Shown in pieces: positions 1 to 13,599 of a stretch of 54,584 nucleotides of DNA (positions within the stretch are counted from its first letter, which is position 1; each line of letters begins with the position of its first letter). Both the position numbers and the translations under genes were made by a program. The notes under the pieces were generated by a model. The model was not told the DNA's origin and made no database searches. It saw nothing but the letters and a program-made list of their open reading frames with translations. This stretch comes from Folioceros fuciformis (Eukaryota): NCBI GenBank assembly GCA_049999805.1, contig JBNGIO010006281.1, forward strand, positions 244,210 to 298,793. Direction: 5' to 3'.

Positions 1-348
1 GGGAGGAGGGATCTTGTAGCTTCCAAGGTTGTGGATGTAGGGAGGAGGAGGAGGAGGAGGAAGAAGGAATAGAAGAAGCAGAGCCTTGTTTTGTGTGGAG
101 GAGGAAAAGAGAATTGGATTGCAAGTGGAATTGCGGATCTGGAGGACCGGGGCTCGCAGAATGCGTCTCTCGTGAGGCGTAATTTGGAGGGAGGTGTGTG
201 CCCACTTGGTAGGGCGTTGCGGGAGGTGGAAAGGGGAAGGGCAGCCGGAATTGGGAGGTGCCGCGTGAGGCACCGCAATTGGGACGCTTGCTTGGTGGTG
301 TAGCCTTGCCAGCTACATCATCTGCGGAGGCAGTAGGTATGACGGTAG

Positions 349-3300
349 ATGGAAGCCTCGGGAAATGTCTTGAGCGACCTGTTCGAACGCATTCGGGCTT
401 GGATTCCGCACAAGCCAGAACCTGTGGCCCGTGAGTTTTGGATGCCCGATCGGAATTGCCGCCTCTGCTACGAGTGCGAGGTTTCCTTCACCATCTTCAA
501 TCGCCGCCACCATTGTCGACGGTGCGGCAAGGTTTTCTGTGGAAATTGCTCTGTGAACACCATACCTGTTTCCGACGCCAACGCTGCTGATGAGGAGGGG
601 CCCGAACATCGAGTACGGGTCTGCAATTACTGCTACAAGGTGTTCACGCAGGGCAGTGCCGATGCACCTCACCTTCCCCAGCTCCACGCCGACTCTCAGG
701 ATCCTCCCATAACAGCCATCGCCTCCGACGAGCTGGACCTTTACTCGGATGGTATCTCTGCCCCCTTGACTATGGCGCACCGCCCGATTAAGGTGGACTA
801 TCCGCCTCTCAGCACGCCTGCCACATCTGGCAACCGGTGCGTCCTCTCCTCTTCGTCCCTCCGCTGTCTTGCTGCTTTCTGCACTTTTTTGCTTTCACTG
901 GGGCTGGGGTGTGTGAGCTGTCTCAACGCGACCCTTGTGTTTCGCCTACGTGTGCAGGAGTGACGATGACGACGATACCGATATCAAGGAGAATGATTTT
1001 GATCATCATCCACGTTACCGCCAGCGGCCCGACCGTTCCGGGCTTCAAGGGGAGGAGTTTGAAGATGACAGTGTCATCGACCTAGAGCTCACTGATAACC
1101 AGCATGCCAGTCTCTCCCACAAGTTCGATTCCTCTCGGAGCTTTGACGGCAGTCCTCTGCCTCCAGACGATGGAGACGGCAGAGTCTCAAGGACTGAGGA
1201 TGGTCCTACAAAATCTGGACATGCTCAACTCCTTTCCGGTGATCCCCCCTCGCAGCCAGGCTTCTTCGAGGTGTACAATAGCGAGGGGCTCAAACCCGTT
1301 GACTTCGAGAACAATGCCCTTCTCTGGGATCCCCCACCGCCTGAGGAGGAGGATACTGCCATGGTTGACGAAGAGGATGTTGAAGACGAGGATGACGAGG
1401 GTGGTTGGGGCGTACCTCCATCCGAAGTCAGTGTCAGTAGCAGCGAGTTTAAAGTCAGAGAGAAGGCAGCGTTGCGAAGTCTTGTCGGTGGACATTTTAG
1501 AGCTCTGGTTGCAAAGCTGCTTGAGGGAGCAGGTCTGGAGGTGCCAGAGGAGGAAGTCGATCCTGATAGCTGGCTTTCCATTGTTTCTTCTTTGTCCATG
1601 GAAGCGGCCAGTCTTGTCAAACCTGACAAGGGAGGTGGAGCAATGGATCCTGGAAACTATGTCAAAGTGAAATGTCTAGCTTCTGGACACAGGCGGGACA
1701 GGTCTGCCAATTGCACTTGTCTCATGGGCTTCGTGAACTGCACGTTTTCCCTCTTCTTCTCCTCCTCTTGCCTTGGTTCCTGTTCTCACCTGTAATTTGA
1801 TGCGTCTGCGGAATCTGACCCCTTTGTCTCTTCTCGTTTCGTTTTTGCAGCTTTGTTGTCAAAGGTGTTGTGTGCAAGAAAAACGTGCATAACAAGCGTA
1901 TGTCATCTCGATACAAGAATCCAAGGATTCTTTTGCTTGGTGGCGCCCTCGAATACCAGCGCGTTTCCAATCAGCTCTCGTCGATAGAAACGCTGCTACA
2001 GCAGGTTTTCCTCGTCTTGTTCTTGTTTTTGGGAGGACTGAAATTCTTAGGTCTAGGAGCTCCATTTGGGATAAAAGTGTGCAGTCACATGTTGACATGT
2101 TCCTGTTTGTGCAGGAAATTGCTCATATCAAGATGACGGTTGATAGAATAGAGCAACATCACCCGAATGTTCTACTTGTGGAGAAAACCGTATCAGGACA
2201 TGCCCAGTCTCTTCTTCTTAACAAAGATATATCTCTAGTTTTGAATGTCAAAAAATGTGTCATGGACCGCATTGCGAGATGCACTGGTTCGCAGGTCTTC
2301 CAGTCATGTGAGAGCCTGAATATACCCAAAGCTGGACACTGCGGGCATTGTGAGTGGTTCCATGTTGAGAAATACGTCGAGGAGCATGGGAGTGCTGGAT
2401 GTGCAGGAGAGAAGAAGTCAAAAACTTTAATGTTCTTTGAGGAGTGTCCCAGGCCAGTCGGCTGCACAGTAAGTAGAGCTGCTTCTCATTTGGTTCAGTC
2501 ACTGTAGCCTTGCAGCTTTCCTTCTCGACTTTTCAAGTCACCTGAGCCGTGTCTCTTGACTCCTCTGTAGGTCTTGCTTCAAGGAGCCAATGGAGATGTA
2601 TTGAAGAAGGTCAAAGCTGTTGTGCAGTATGCAGTTTTTGCAGCCTATCACTTAGCCTTGGAGACGTCATTCTTGGCTGATGAAGGTGCTACCCTGCCGG
2701 ACTGTGCCTTCAATCAAGCGGTCAGTGTTGCTCTCCCAAATACTCAGGGTGCTGCAGACAGGTCCATATCTGCGGTGCCGGGTTTCAATTCACAAACTCC
2801 AACTGCTGATGATCACTCACGAAGCATGGCTTCAGGGAGCAGTATGTCAGTTTCACCGCTTCCGCAGGGATTTCCTGGCACAGCGTCCACGTGGAGTACT
2901 GTTCTTCCTTCGGCAGCATCTTCTCAAATCTCTTCAGTGGTGAATACTCCGGACACAAGTCCTGCTCATACAACCATCGGATTTAGCTCAACAGTTATCA
3001 AAACTGCTGTCATGTCAAGCCCTTCCGCTGGGAATCCGAATAACAACAATGGCATCCGAACTGGATCCCTTCCTAGACAACCCAGCCACGGTGTCTCTGG
3101 TCTGTCTGCTTCATTGCGACAGAATGCTCAGGAGAATGGGCACTCGCCATTGGCTGTAACTTTTATATCGCAGGGCTCTGGGATGCCTAGATCTGAAGCA
3201 CTAGTTTCCAGTATGGCTAATGGAAGTTATGGTACCTCTGTTGTCAGTGATGGATCACATTTTCCATATCATTCTGCAAGTGTTGTAGACCAGATATCTG

Positions 3301-6300
3301 TACCCAATGGTGTCAGTGGTGAGCATGCTTTGGTTTCCCATGATGAGCAGATGCCTCAGGTGGATCCCTCAAGTAACTGGCAGGTGGAGGACCAAGACAG
3401 CAAGGAGGATTTTCCTCCCTCTCCGTCTGATCATCAAAGCATTTTGGTTTCAATGTCTAGCCGGTGTCTTCAAAAGGGGACCGTATGTGAACGTGCTCAC
3501 CTATTCCGGATTAAATACTATGGGAACAGTGATAAACCACTGGGACGATATCTGCGCGAGTCTTTGTTTGACACGGTATGTTCTGAGTTGCCAACTATCC
3601 TTTTGGCTGTCGATAGCCATCAGCCCAGTGAAGGCTTTGCGCATGTGTCAGCTTGTTAAGTTCAGTGTTCTTTTCATGTGAATGCAGAGTAACTGTCAAT
3701 CGTGTGAGGAGCCACTTGATGCGCACATTCATTGTTTTACTCATCGTCAGGGCAGCTTAACTATCTCTGTCCGGCGTTTTCAAACCAACCCTGCGCTACC
3801 AGGGGAGACAGAAGGAAAAATATGGATGTGGCACCGTTGCTTGAAGTGTCCAAGAGTTGATGGATTGCCTCCTGCTGGACGCTGCAGAGTGATGTCAGAT
3901 GCTGCATGGGGCCTTTCCTTTGGGAAGTTCTTAGAGCTGAGCTTCTCAAATCATGCAGCAGCAAGCCGGGTGGCGGCCTGTGGGCACTCTTTGCACAGGG
4001 ACTGCCTCCGATTCTATGGGTAAGACACTTGGGGACGGAGCACTGCCAAACGTAGCTGTCAAATGTGCTCTGCCTTTGGCATAGGTGCAAATGCTGATGG
4101 ATTGGCGGTGGTGTCCAATGCAGGTTTGGCAATGCAGTTGCGTGTTTCAGATATGCTCCTATAATACTGAATGCTGTTCATGTTCCTCCCGCTCGATTGG
4201 ACTTCAATAACCCTTCACCAGCAACCACAAAGTGGCTTCAGGACGAACTAGAAGAGGTAGTTCTCCGTGTTTTCTTTTTTGTTTTTTTCCCCTTGTGACC
4301 ATACTCGAGTAATTCAGGTGCAGAATTCCTGTGATCTAACGTGTCTTGTTCAGATTGGCAAGAGAGGAGACCAAGTATTTGCGGAGGTTTTTGATACTCT
4401 CCGGGTGATTGGGGAAAGGATTGCAAACTCTGGATCTCTGGAGAGGTTATGTGGGGTCAAGGCTCCAGAGGCAAGGAGGCGATATATAGAATTAGAGACA
4501 CTTGCTCAAAGTCATAAGGCGAGTTTTGAGGTCAGCACATGCCGCTATCAATGTGCTGCATTATTTTTGCACGGGCCTGGTGTTCTTTGCTTGTGAGTCG
4601 TGGATACGGGATACAGTAGATGTCCTCAGGTCTTAAGTCTTTTTTCTCTTTGGCGTTTCAGGGGGAGTTGCAAAAGGCAGGAAATCCGAATCCGACGCCT
4701 GGGCAACCCGTTGCAGACATTCTTCAACTGAATCTCATAAGACGGACACTCGTGGAATGTGCCACGTACTGGGAAGAGCAGTTCAATCAGTTATATAGCC
4801 ATCTCAGGGCAAAAAGAGGTCAAGGTGGGTCAGAAGCAAATTTGGATGATTCCTCTCTCAAGCTGTCAAAACAAATGAGTTTTGGTGGTATCAGTGGCAA
4901 GTCGACAGGTAGTCAAGATGGAGAGGCTGATTCAGAAGGATCCGGAAGTGCTCTTTCCAGATCGCACAGTGGTGCAGATTCTAACGGAAACAGTGGAACT
5001 GCGAGAAATCTGATGAATGGGGATGAACATTTGGAGATGAGTGCTGATTTGGGTGCTGGGGCGGTGCAAGTACCTCCAGACATGGCCTCAGCAACCTTTC
5101 TGCCCATCTCTGGAGATTCCAAGCCTCCTCCTGTCACAATTCCGCTGAATCCTGCAAGCACCACTGAGGCATTCGGTAGTCCTGTGCTTGCCCTTGATGA
5201 GAAGGTTAAAGAAATGTGGAACCCTGGAATTGATCATGTTGTTCAAGGTGGAGTTGAAGATGCATCTCGAATACAAGATGAGCCACGTGGTAGTTCAGTG
5301 GAGGTTATCGAACAAGAATCTGAGCCTGCTAATGAGATTCTACACTTGGATGTACCAGGAAATGCCAATGCCCCAGACTATCTTCGGGCTCAGGGTGTGC
5401 TTGATGACCTGATTACCAGTAACAGTCTCCCCGCTGCAAGTAGCGAGTTCCTTGTTACGGGTGGGCAGCCTGCCGAGATCGAACAATCTATGTCCTATGA
5501 CAGATCTGGGGTACTGACTGGTGGACCTGGTCTGGACGGTGCAATTCCTGCTGTGGCTTCACTAAATGTTGAACAGAAAGATGTGATTGATGCAGTGCAG
5601 CAGAGTGCCCCTTCATCACCATCAAAGAGTGTTGCTGACCGTGAAAGTGCAACACCCTTTCACAGTCTTTACCGGACTTACAGCAACCGGACTTCCAGTT
5701 CCATTGCTGGTTCTCCTCCAAGGAATGAAACTCGCGGGCCGCCTTCCCTGTTGAGCATATCCAAAACTGCAGCTGAGGGGACAGCCAGAGTTCTCCTGCC
5801 TCCAGGTCAGGACGACCTCATAATACCTATATATGATGATGAGCCCACATCCATCATAGCACATGCACTTGCTTCAGAGGACTACCATAAGGACTTGAAG
5901 AACTGCAGGGAGTCTGCTGATAGTAGTGTTCAAGATGGAAGCTTCTCACACCCATTGCAGTCGAGTGAAGGTTTACCTGATAACCTGGACAGGTCGTTTA
6001 GTTCCAAAGAGTCAGCGTCTGGTGATCCTCATATTTTGACACAGTTTGAGGATGGAATCGGTCCGAATAAAATGAAGTACTCCGTCCGGTCATACTACGC
6101 AAAGCAGTTTGCCATACTGAGGCAGAAATGTTGTGATGGAGACCTGAGTTTCCTAAGATCTTTGTGCCGATGCAAGAAGTGGGGAGCGCAAGGAGGCAAG
6201 AGCAATGTATTTTTTGCCAAGACTGCAGATGACCGGTTTGTTGTGAAGCAGGTCACGAGAACAGAATCTGTCTCATTTCGGGACTTTGCACTTGAGTACT

Positions 6301-7189
6301 TTAATTACCTCTCAGAATATATCGATTCTGGGAGCCCCACTTGTTTGGCCAAAATTTTTGGGCTATATCAGGTTTGAAAATACTTCTCCCACTGTCAATA
6401 ATGTGTGGTGCAATTCACAATTTTGTTTGCTGCAGGGCTTCTGAAGCTGCTTTTCTGTTCCTGCAGGTTACAGTGAAGAAAGCAGGCAAAGAAATACAGA
6501 AGATGGATCTTCTCGTGATGGAGAATCTTTTGTATGGGAGGTCTGTATCGCGAATTTATGACCTGAAGGGATCAGTTCGCTCTCGCTATAACGACTCCAA
6601 AGGAAGTAATGCTGTCTTATTGGACCAGAACCTTTTGGAATCAATGCCCACTGCTCCAATCTTTGTTGGCAACAAGGCTAAACGGCTGTTGGAACGCGCT
6701 GTTTGGAATGACACAGCATTTCTTGCGGTATAAGCTCTACCTAGACCTAGTTCAATGAGAGCTACGGGTCTCTTTGTTGTCCCCTTGCTAGCACGTCGAT
6801 CGTGTACTGTGAGAGCTGACCTTGTCTGCTTATTTGTCCCGCAGACTGTAGACGTCATGGACTATTCCCTTTTAGTTGGGATTGATGAAGAACGACAGGA
6901 GTTAGCTATAGGTATTATTGATTTTATACGCCAGTATACGTGGGACAAGCAGCTTGAGACTTGGGTGAAAGCATCAGGGATCCTTGGTGGTCCCAAAAAT
7001 GCTGCACCGACTGTTATTTCACCCAAGCAGTACAAGAAGCGATTCCGCAAAGCTATGTCAACATACTTTTTGATGGTCCCTGACCAGTGTTGGTCTCCCC
7101 CACCTATTATTTCTGTACCCCCGGCCTTGGAGGACAATGGTCGACTATCTCACGATGATTTTGGAGAGGATGGACCAAGACGATCTTAG
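349..7189 (+). CDS. FAB1: 1-phosphatidylinositol-3-phosphate 5-kinase FAB1/PIKfyve (FYVE-containing FAB1A/B type). 11 exons: 349-836, 958-1701, 1851-2004, 2115-2468, 2571-3575, 3688-4019, 4124-4256, 4354-4530, 4662-6371, 6467-6727, 6845-7189
   Basis: FYVE motif (FWMPD..C..C..F...[14 protein letters not shown]); CCT/Cpn60-like domain ([44 protein letters not shown]); Cys-rich region ([22 protein letters not shown]); PIP-kinase domain ([49 protein letters not shown]). All ten introns are GT-AG and keep the frame. Confidence 0.97.
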
Positions 7190-8516
7190 GGAGCAATTTT
7201 AGTCGTCTAGTGTCTGGGTGGACTCGTGTCGGATTCCGTAGCAAGATCCTTGCCACTATCAGCATTATGAATTATGCGGCCATGGCGATAAAAGGTCCTT
7301 GTCAAGACGGATATTCGCACAGGTTTCTCATGGTTTACTGTATTGGTCTATAACCACTTGATTATTCTTAGAGTTCCTATAACTTCTAGTTTGTCAATAT
7401 TAGAATCCTTAGAAAACTATTGTAGAGTGCACCACCTATTTGCTTCCTCAAACAATTAGGGGAGAGCAATATGCAGTTTAGTGTTGAAGTTTATTTGTAA
7501 CAGTCTGCTTTGTCAACTGATGCTTGGGGGCTTGCCTTCGGGATTCTGGCTGCCAGTCTAAAGCCTGGTTGTTGGAATTAAGTTGTAAATTTTGTCTTCT
7601 GCTGTGATCTGTTGAGGTTTAGGATCCGGAGTGATACGTGGTCGGGAGAGGCGTATTGAGGGATGCACTTCTGAGTACCAAAGTAGTTGTATCTGGTCTT
7701 GTGGATTGACTGTCGCATTATTAGTTCTGTATGCTTTGTAAGATCTGTATCCCGGCAACTGGCAGGATTAATCAGCAGCCGGCCTACATCAAGGGAGGCA
7801 AGTGAAGTGGATTGGCTTTACTTACTGTTTGGACCTTTGAGCATAGTTCCCCAGTGGACTGCTATTTGTGAGTGTTTTCAGTTTCTCAATCTAATAGTTC
7901 AGTGATCAGTTCAGTTCAGCGACTTACACTGGTCTACTGATTATCTTTGCTCGCTTGTTCTGAAACAGGTGCCCTGGAGTTATGATATCTTATTTTTTAA
8001 GTCACTCCAAGAAGGGCATTTGGGACATCGATGTCCCCCAAGCAAGTTACAGTTCGCTTTGGTTGCAAGCCNNNNNNNNNNACATCGATGTCCCCCAAGC
8101 AAGTTACAGTTCGCTTTGGTTGCAAGCCTCACTGTACGTCAGAAATTCGGATGTTCCGTTCTATTATCACGGCACCTCCACCTAATTGATTTTTATGGAC
8201 TTTAGGTGGTGCTTTTGACCTGCTTGGTTGTACCATGCCCTAAAAAACTGTACTTGGGGGTTGGACTTATCTTCGTGGCCTCCTTCTATGAGTTTTTTCG
8301 AGATGAGATTTTAGATAACGGCGGTTACTAAATCCCTCAAACTGATAGAATCCCTCCCAAAGTATTGTGGATTTTATCACCTAGCGCAGTTTGCCATGGC
8401 AGTCATCCGTCCGCCAGAATGACGTGGACTAATGGCAATTGTCGAACTTTGTCGGACTAAATACCGGATGTGTGAAACGATGGCAGACTAAATGGCAATT
8501 GTGTTATACGATGTAC

Positions 8517-8580
8517 GATGATGGACCAGATGGCAATGTGCTGAACGATGATGGACCAGATGGCAATGTGCCGAATGATG
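8517..8580. repeat. 30-bp tandem duplication (gatgatggaccagatggcaatgtgc.gaa. x2)
   Basis: Two near-identical copies at 8517 and 8547, at the left edge of the mobile-DNA island. Confidence 0.8.
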
Positions 8581-8734
8581 TCGAAAACAACTGCAAGAGC
8601 AATTGGGTTGAACAAAGATAACTAACAAAGCTCCAGAGATTAGAGGAAATGAAAACAAAAAAAAATGGTGGAATAGAGGAAAGGAAAACTATGAAGCGAA
8701 ATATAATCTCCAACTCAAGTGGCACCACTTAGAG

Positions 8735-8878
8735 AAAAGGTCATCTCCAAGTGGAGAATCGAAGAGGGCAAGTAGTATGTTGTGCACAACAAGGAACATA
8801 AAGTTGCAAGAAAGGTCATCTCTAAGTGGCAAATCTAAGAGGGAAAGTAGTATGTGACAACAAGGAACATAAAAGTTG
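8735..8878. repeat. ~76-bp imperfect tandem duplication
   Basis: aaaggtcatctc.aagtgg...aagaggg.aagtagtatgt...acaacaaggaacataaa(a)gttg occurs at about 8735 and 8811. Confidence 0.75.
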
Positions 8879-9728
8879 GATGTTGGCTTTGTGAGGTGGT
8901 CTATGGCGAACATGCTTCAATACCCATAATGCCTCTCTATGTCTATGTCTAACACTTCATTAAGTGATTTTTTTCCCACCTAGCAACTACTGCCAGTATA
9001 AGCTCCCATGGAAAGAAGATACGCATGCTCAAAGTTGAGTTGTAGACTTGTAATGCATGATCACCAAGTGTTTGGCCAATAAATACTTGCCTTATGGTAG
9101 GAAGGAGAAGCAAGAAGAGCTCTAGAGATTGCTTGAACATGTGTAGGGAGGTTGCAACCTCATGGTCAAGTTGTAGCCCATTAATAATTGCTATGGTAGG
9201 GCCAAGAAGTGTAAAGCATGCAATGGGCATGCAAGTGCAGCGGTTGGGAAGGATTTAGGCAACATTCTCACTATTGGGAAGGATTTAGGCCTTCAAGGAT
9301 TTCCACTTCGTAGATATAAAAATACAATGGGCATGTGGGTGTATCAAGTGGCAGCAATTTCCTTAATCATGTAGAGTGTAGCAATTGAATGAATTAGCTT
9401 TAGTTGTCTAATAGATGTGGTAGGAAATGTGAAGGATATCAACTTTGAAGAATTTACACTACCTAGACGTACAAATAAAAGCGAGGAGATGATGGTATGT
9501 TGAACATGTCTATCTATCCATAATGGATCACCACTAAGCTACTTACAAGAGAACATCATCTGAAATAATTTGGGTCTATCCGCTAACCCTTCTTTCCTAT
9601 TTTTTTCTGCACACGGTTTCCCAACTTCCCACCCTCCTTGATCGCTCAATTTTGTCGTTTCCGAGTTGGGCTCGGCTAGACACATAATACATCATGGGTT
9701 TAAAAGTAGACTTTTTTTGAAGCTAAGA

Positions 9729-12700
9729 TTACAGGCATGCCATGCATGGCATTACCGTCAAACATAAGCATGTATTACAATGATTATAGCCATTTGTGGC
9801 GCGCACATAGGCATGCCAAAGCTCTTTCACATTTGCACTGCTAGCATAGGCCACAATGTACTCTTCATGCGGTGGAGAGTCTTGTTGCTCCGTCATGGGG
9901 ACAATTACTTCGTCTCTCATTGGCGCATGGCCCGGTAACAAACAACGGTGTGGGTGCTCTTCTTCTGTGGACATAGATGATGGGTTGGACGTGAAAGTCT
10001 CTAGCTGCTCTAGGTCCCAGGTCTCATCATCGAAGTGTCGTGGCGTTGGCTTTCCCAAATACTCTATGAGTGCATTATCACATTTCCTTCCCCTTCCTTT
10101 CATCTTCATCTTTGAGTTCTTGGAGGTCCATTGGTGCAGTCTGCCTTCAACCATTTGCATTATGTGCGCCTTTGCTCTCACCAACCTTTCACTGGAAAGC
10201 TCTTGAGCAAAAAAAAGGAAATGCCCTCGTGTGTGAGGCTTCGTCATCAATTCTTCCTCATCAGATGGAAATACTTCATGCCCCGTGATTCTCTGCTCAA
10301 TGAAGATGGTATGTCGTTGGTCTTGGTTAATGGCAATACAATTCCGCCCTTCCATTAATACAGCAAGCACACCACTTCCGCTCCCAGCCCATCCATCCAT
10401 AATCCACTCTCCTCGATCGCTGAATAGCCCACATGAGAGAACCATCAACCCCAAGGGCTTCTGATATGGATTTACAACTCGGCCGTCATTCGACACGTTG
10501 ATTAGTTTTTTGATGCCAACACTATGCTTGATGATCCCAGGCATCTCTCCAATCTCCTTTGCCGCACTGTTGCTCAGTGCACTCCTCTTTCTAATATCTT
10601 CATTCAATGGATGAACCCCAAATCCCACTATCATGTACTTGCAGTTTTCATACAGCCCCTCATCTGCGACGACATTGTCTTTTTCCTAGACCATCGTTTG
10701 TACGCCTCCCTTTGCACACCACTTCCGTAAGCTGTCTCTCACATCCTGCATCTGATCTAGTCCATGCATGCACACAACTTTGAATGTTTGTCACTCAATG
10801 ACTTTGAAAAATCCTTCCTTTACCTTCTCCAGGTCATCTGCTGTAAACTCCTTGTCCCATGGTTCTGCATAGTTTCCTCTTGGCATATCCAATATGAGCA
10901 ACTTGTACTCTCGCTTACTCAGGTATGCAGCCATTTCTCTGAGATCACCATTTATCACCTGATACTTCATTTTTTGTTTACTGCTAGGAACTTGGAAGGT
11001 TGAGAGTTTTGCGTCATTGTCCTCGTCCGCTAATTCTCATTGCAAATCCTCCACTCGCTTCCAATTTTGAGCGGCATTGAAGTGCTCTTTGAAAGAATCC
11101 GGAATGACTTTCTCCTTGTATTCCTCTGCCTGGTGGAGTGTCTGCAAAGAGTACCGACAATGCATGGAAGATTAGGACCTAGCGCACCCAAATGCGCACC
11201 CATCACATGCAATGGCACATTCGTGTCCAAATACTTACAATGTGATCGAAAATAGGCTGAAACTTTGCGATGTCTTCAGGTGTCGAGTGCTTTGGATATT
11301 CCATCTCAACTTTAACAAATGAATTGCATTGTAAACCTGAACAGAACGTAGTCTAAATGATGTTTAATTTTTTGGCTTTCGTTATCCATGTTCTCATCCC
11401 ACTCACCATCAACTCCCCTTGAACGACTTTCTTTAGCGCGGACATCATGATCTGATCCCTTGCCTCTCCTAAAGGCATACCTTGAAACACCCTTCATGTA
11501 GAAGCGTGCATTGGTTTTATTATAAGGTTCGAGTCTCTGACTACCGGCTCAGCATCCGCATTCCCTCNNNNNNNNNNNNNNNNNNNNNNNNNNNNNNNNN
11601 NNNNNNNNNNNNNNNNNNNNNNNNNNNNNNNNNNNNNNNNNNNNNNNNNNNNNNNNNNNNNNNNNNNTCATGTAGAAGCGTGCATTGGTTTTATTATAAG
11701 GTTCGAGTCTCTGACTACCGGCTCAGCATCCGCATTCCCTCTCCTCGTTTTCCCCTGTTTGCTCGCCTTCTTCCTACTACCTTGTTCTGGTAGCTCTCCC
11801 CTTTCCCACAAACTGAAGACCTCATCCACCTTCTGCCAAACATGCGGAGGCACACTTGTGATACATAGCACTCGTGTTTTTTGGTCAAGCAGACGTTGTT
11901 TTTCTTCTTTATCTTTGGCATCCCCGATGACTCCTAACATCCTGTACAAATCATACTTCCATGTCATTGTGATTGAAGTACCTTGCTTGCCTGCAATCTT
12001 CAGCTCATCGTGAATGTATCGGACTTGTTCAATGAAAGACATCTTCTTGCGGAAATCTGCCTTCACATTATGGTTAGTTGCCAAACACATTTCCTTTTGC
12101 GTATATGTGCTTCCATATATTGGTAGTGAGAGTTCTCCGGGTCCTGTGCATATAGCCGCTAGAATGCATAAAAACTATGGTTCTCGCCCAATACTCCCAT
12201 GGTATACTTCTATTTCTTCAGTTTCTCGCGGTCAAAATCAACCACAGTCGGGCACTCCTTAGGGTTGATCATGCACAGCAAGGGCAAAACGCCCTCCTGT
12301 ACTAGCCCCTTCTTTGTCTCCCATAGCAAATGCTTTCCCCAAGACTCATCGACTCGCCTTATTTGCGCATCTTTGGTTAGATAATCTGCTAAGCGTAGCC
12401 TGTTTATGGCGACCATGTCTGTATGTGGAATACATCGTTTGCGATGCGCAGACTCCCTCACGAGATTGATAGGATCAATGTGTTGCAAGGCCCTACCAAC
12501 TCTATCGCTATCATTCAGCACAACCTTCGTTTTCACTCTGCTTGTTGGATCCTCTTCCATATTGCCTTGTTTTTTTTTCCTGCTGGCCTTCACAGTCGTT
12601 GTTCCTATATGGATGATCGGGGAGTCCATGACAATTAGCTGAAGGTCGTCATCGCTTTCAGACACTGACTCCAACTTCTCTTCTTCACCCAACCTGTCAC

Positions 12701-13178
12701 GCAAGATTGCCTGTGTTTTTCTCCCTAACACATTGAGGCTATGCAATAATGTCTGTGCCCTGGCTTTCTTTGAAATGTTCGAAGATCGCTTTGATGCGCC
12801 TTCGCTAGCCATCTCTTGAAACACGTTGTCGTCTTCGTTCTCTTCGCTCTAATGGTGTTTGGGATCTTCCTCTACAGGTTCCTCCTCATCAGGTTGCTCC
12901 CCATTATCAGCATCATCGTATACTTCCTCCGCTTCACCCCTAAAATCTCTTCATGTATCAATGTCCATGGATGCTCCAAGACAGACTTCATCTTCTCTAG
13001 CTGCATACGACGGTTCATGAGAACTTGTTGCAAACTGATTGCACCAAACATCGAGGTTATCTCCCGCGTTTTGTCTTGCTTCCTCGGCCTTGTCTTCCAT
13101 CTTCGTCATAATGAGTTCGATAAGGATCTCTTTTCTTGATGAACCTAAGTCCTGCGTCAAATGTCTGCAAGGCAACAT
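9729..13178 (-). pseudogene. Intron-containing pseudogene: acidic N-terminus, ParB/Srx-like domain and beta-class amino (N4-cytosine/N6-adenine) DNA methyltransferase
   Basis: Minus-strand translation gives, in order: QIRRVDESW and GVLGENHS (ParB/Srx-like GxH motif, ~12177-12197); YKLLILDMPRGNYAEPWD (motif IV, DPPY-like, 10875-10889); MV*EK (IxWxK-like); NPYQKPLGLM (HPxQKP-like, ~10455-10472); FSDRGEWIMDGWAGSGSGVLAVLMEGRNCIAINQD (motif I FxGxG SAM-binding, 10371-10397). Several stops and frameshifts. Putative GT-AG introns at 11337-11480 and 11142-11238. Confidence 0.8.
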
Positions 13179-13599
13179 GGGAAAAGGATTAGAGGATGGC
13201 GGTTGATTTCGGCTTTCATTCTTAGCCTATGGCCCAGTCTTGAACATGATTGCAATAAATGGCCGATGGCAGCCACGGGACGGGGACTCAGCATCCATCC
13301 TGCATGGCGCAGCTAGGGTCGCACTAAAGGCCATCCATCTTGTGTGGTGCACTGAAGTGCGCACCTCTAGGTCTCTCAACCAGGCCCTGGCACGCCCATG
13401 GGCACGCTAGGGCCAAAACAACCTGCCTGACGCACACTTGGGCGAGCCTGGGCTTGAACAACCTGCTCGGCGCGCCTAGGGGCTTGCTAGGGGTTGTATA
13501 GAGTGCCCGGCATGCCAAGGGGCACGCCATGGGCTATTCAGAGTGCCTAGCGCGCCTAGGGGCGCTCCTGTGCAAGAACATCTTCATTTCCAATGGCCA

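Noticed and set aside
8024-8128. Exact ~47-bp direct repeat flanking a 10-N gap
   Set aside because: Identical sequence on both sides of a scaffold gap is most likely an unmerged contig overlap.
11494-11741. Exact ~74-bp duplication flanking a 100-N gap inside the MTase pseudogene
   Set aside because: Assembly overlap artefact; collapsing it restores a continuous reading.
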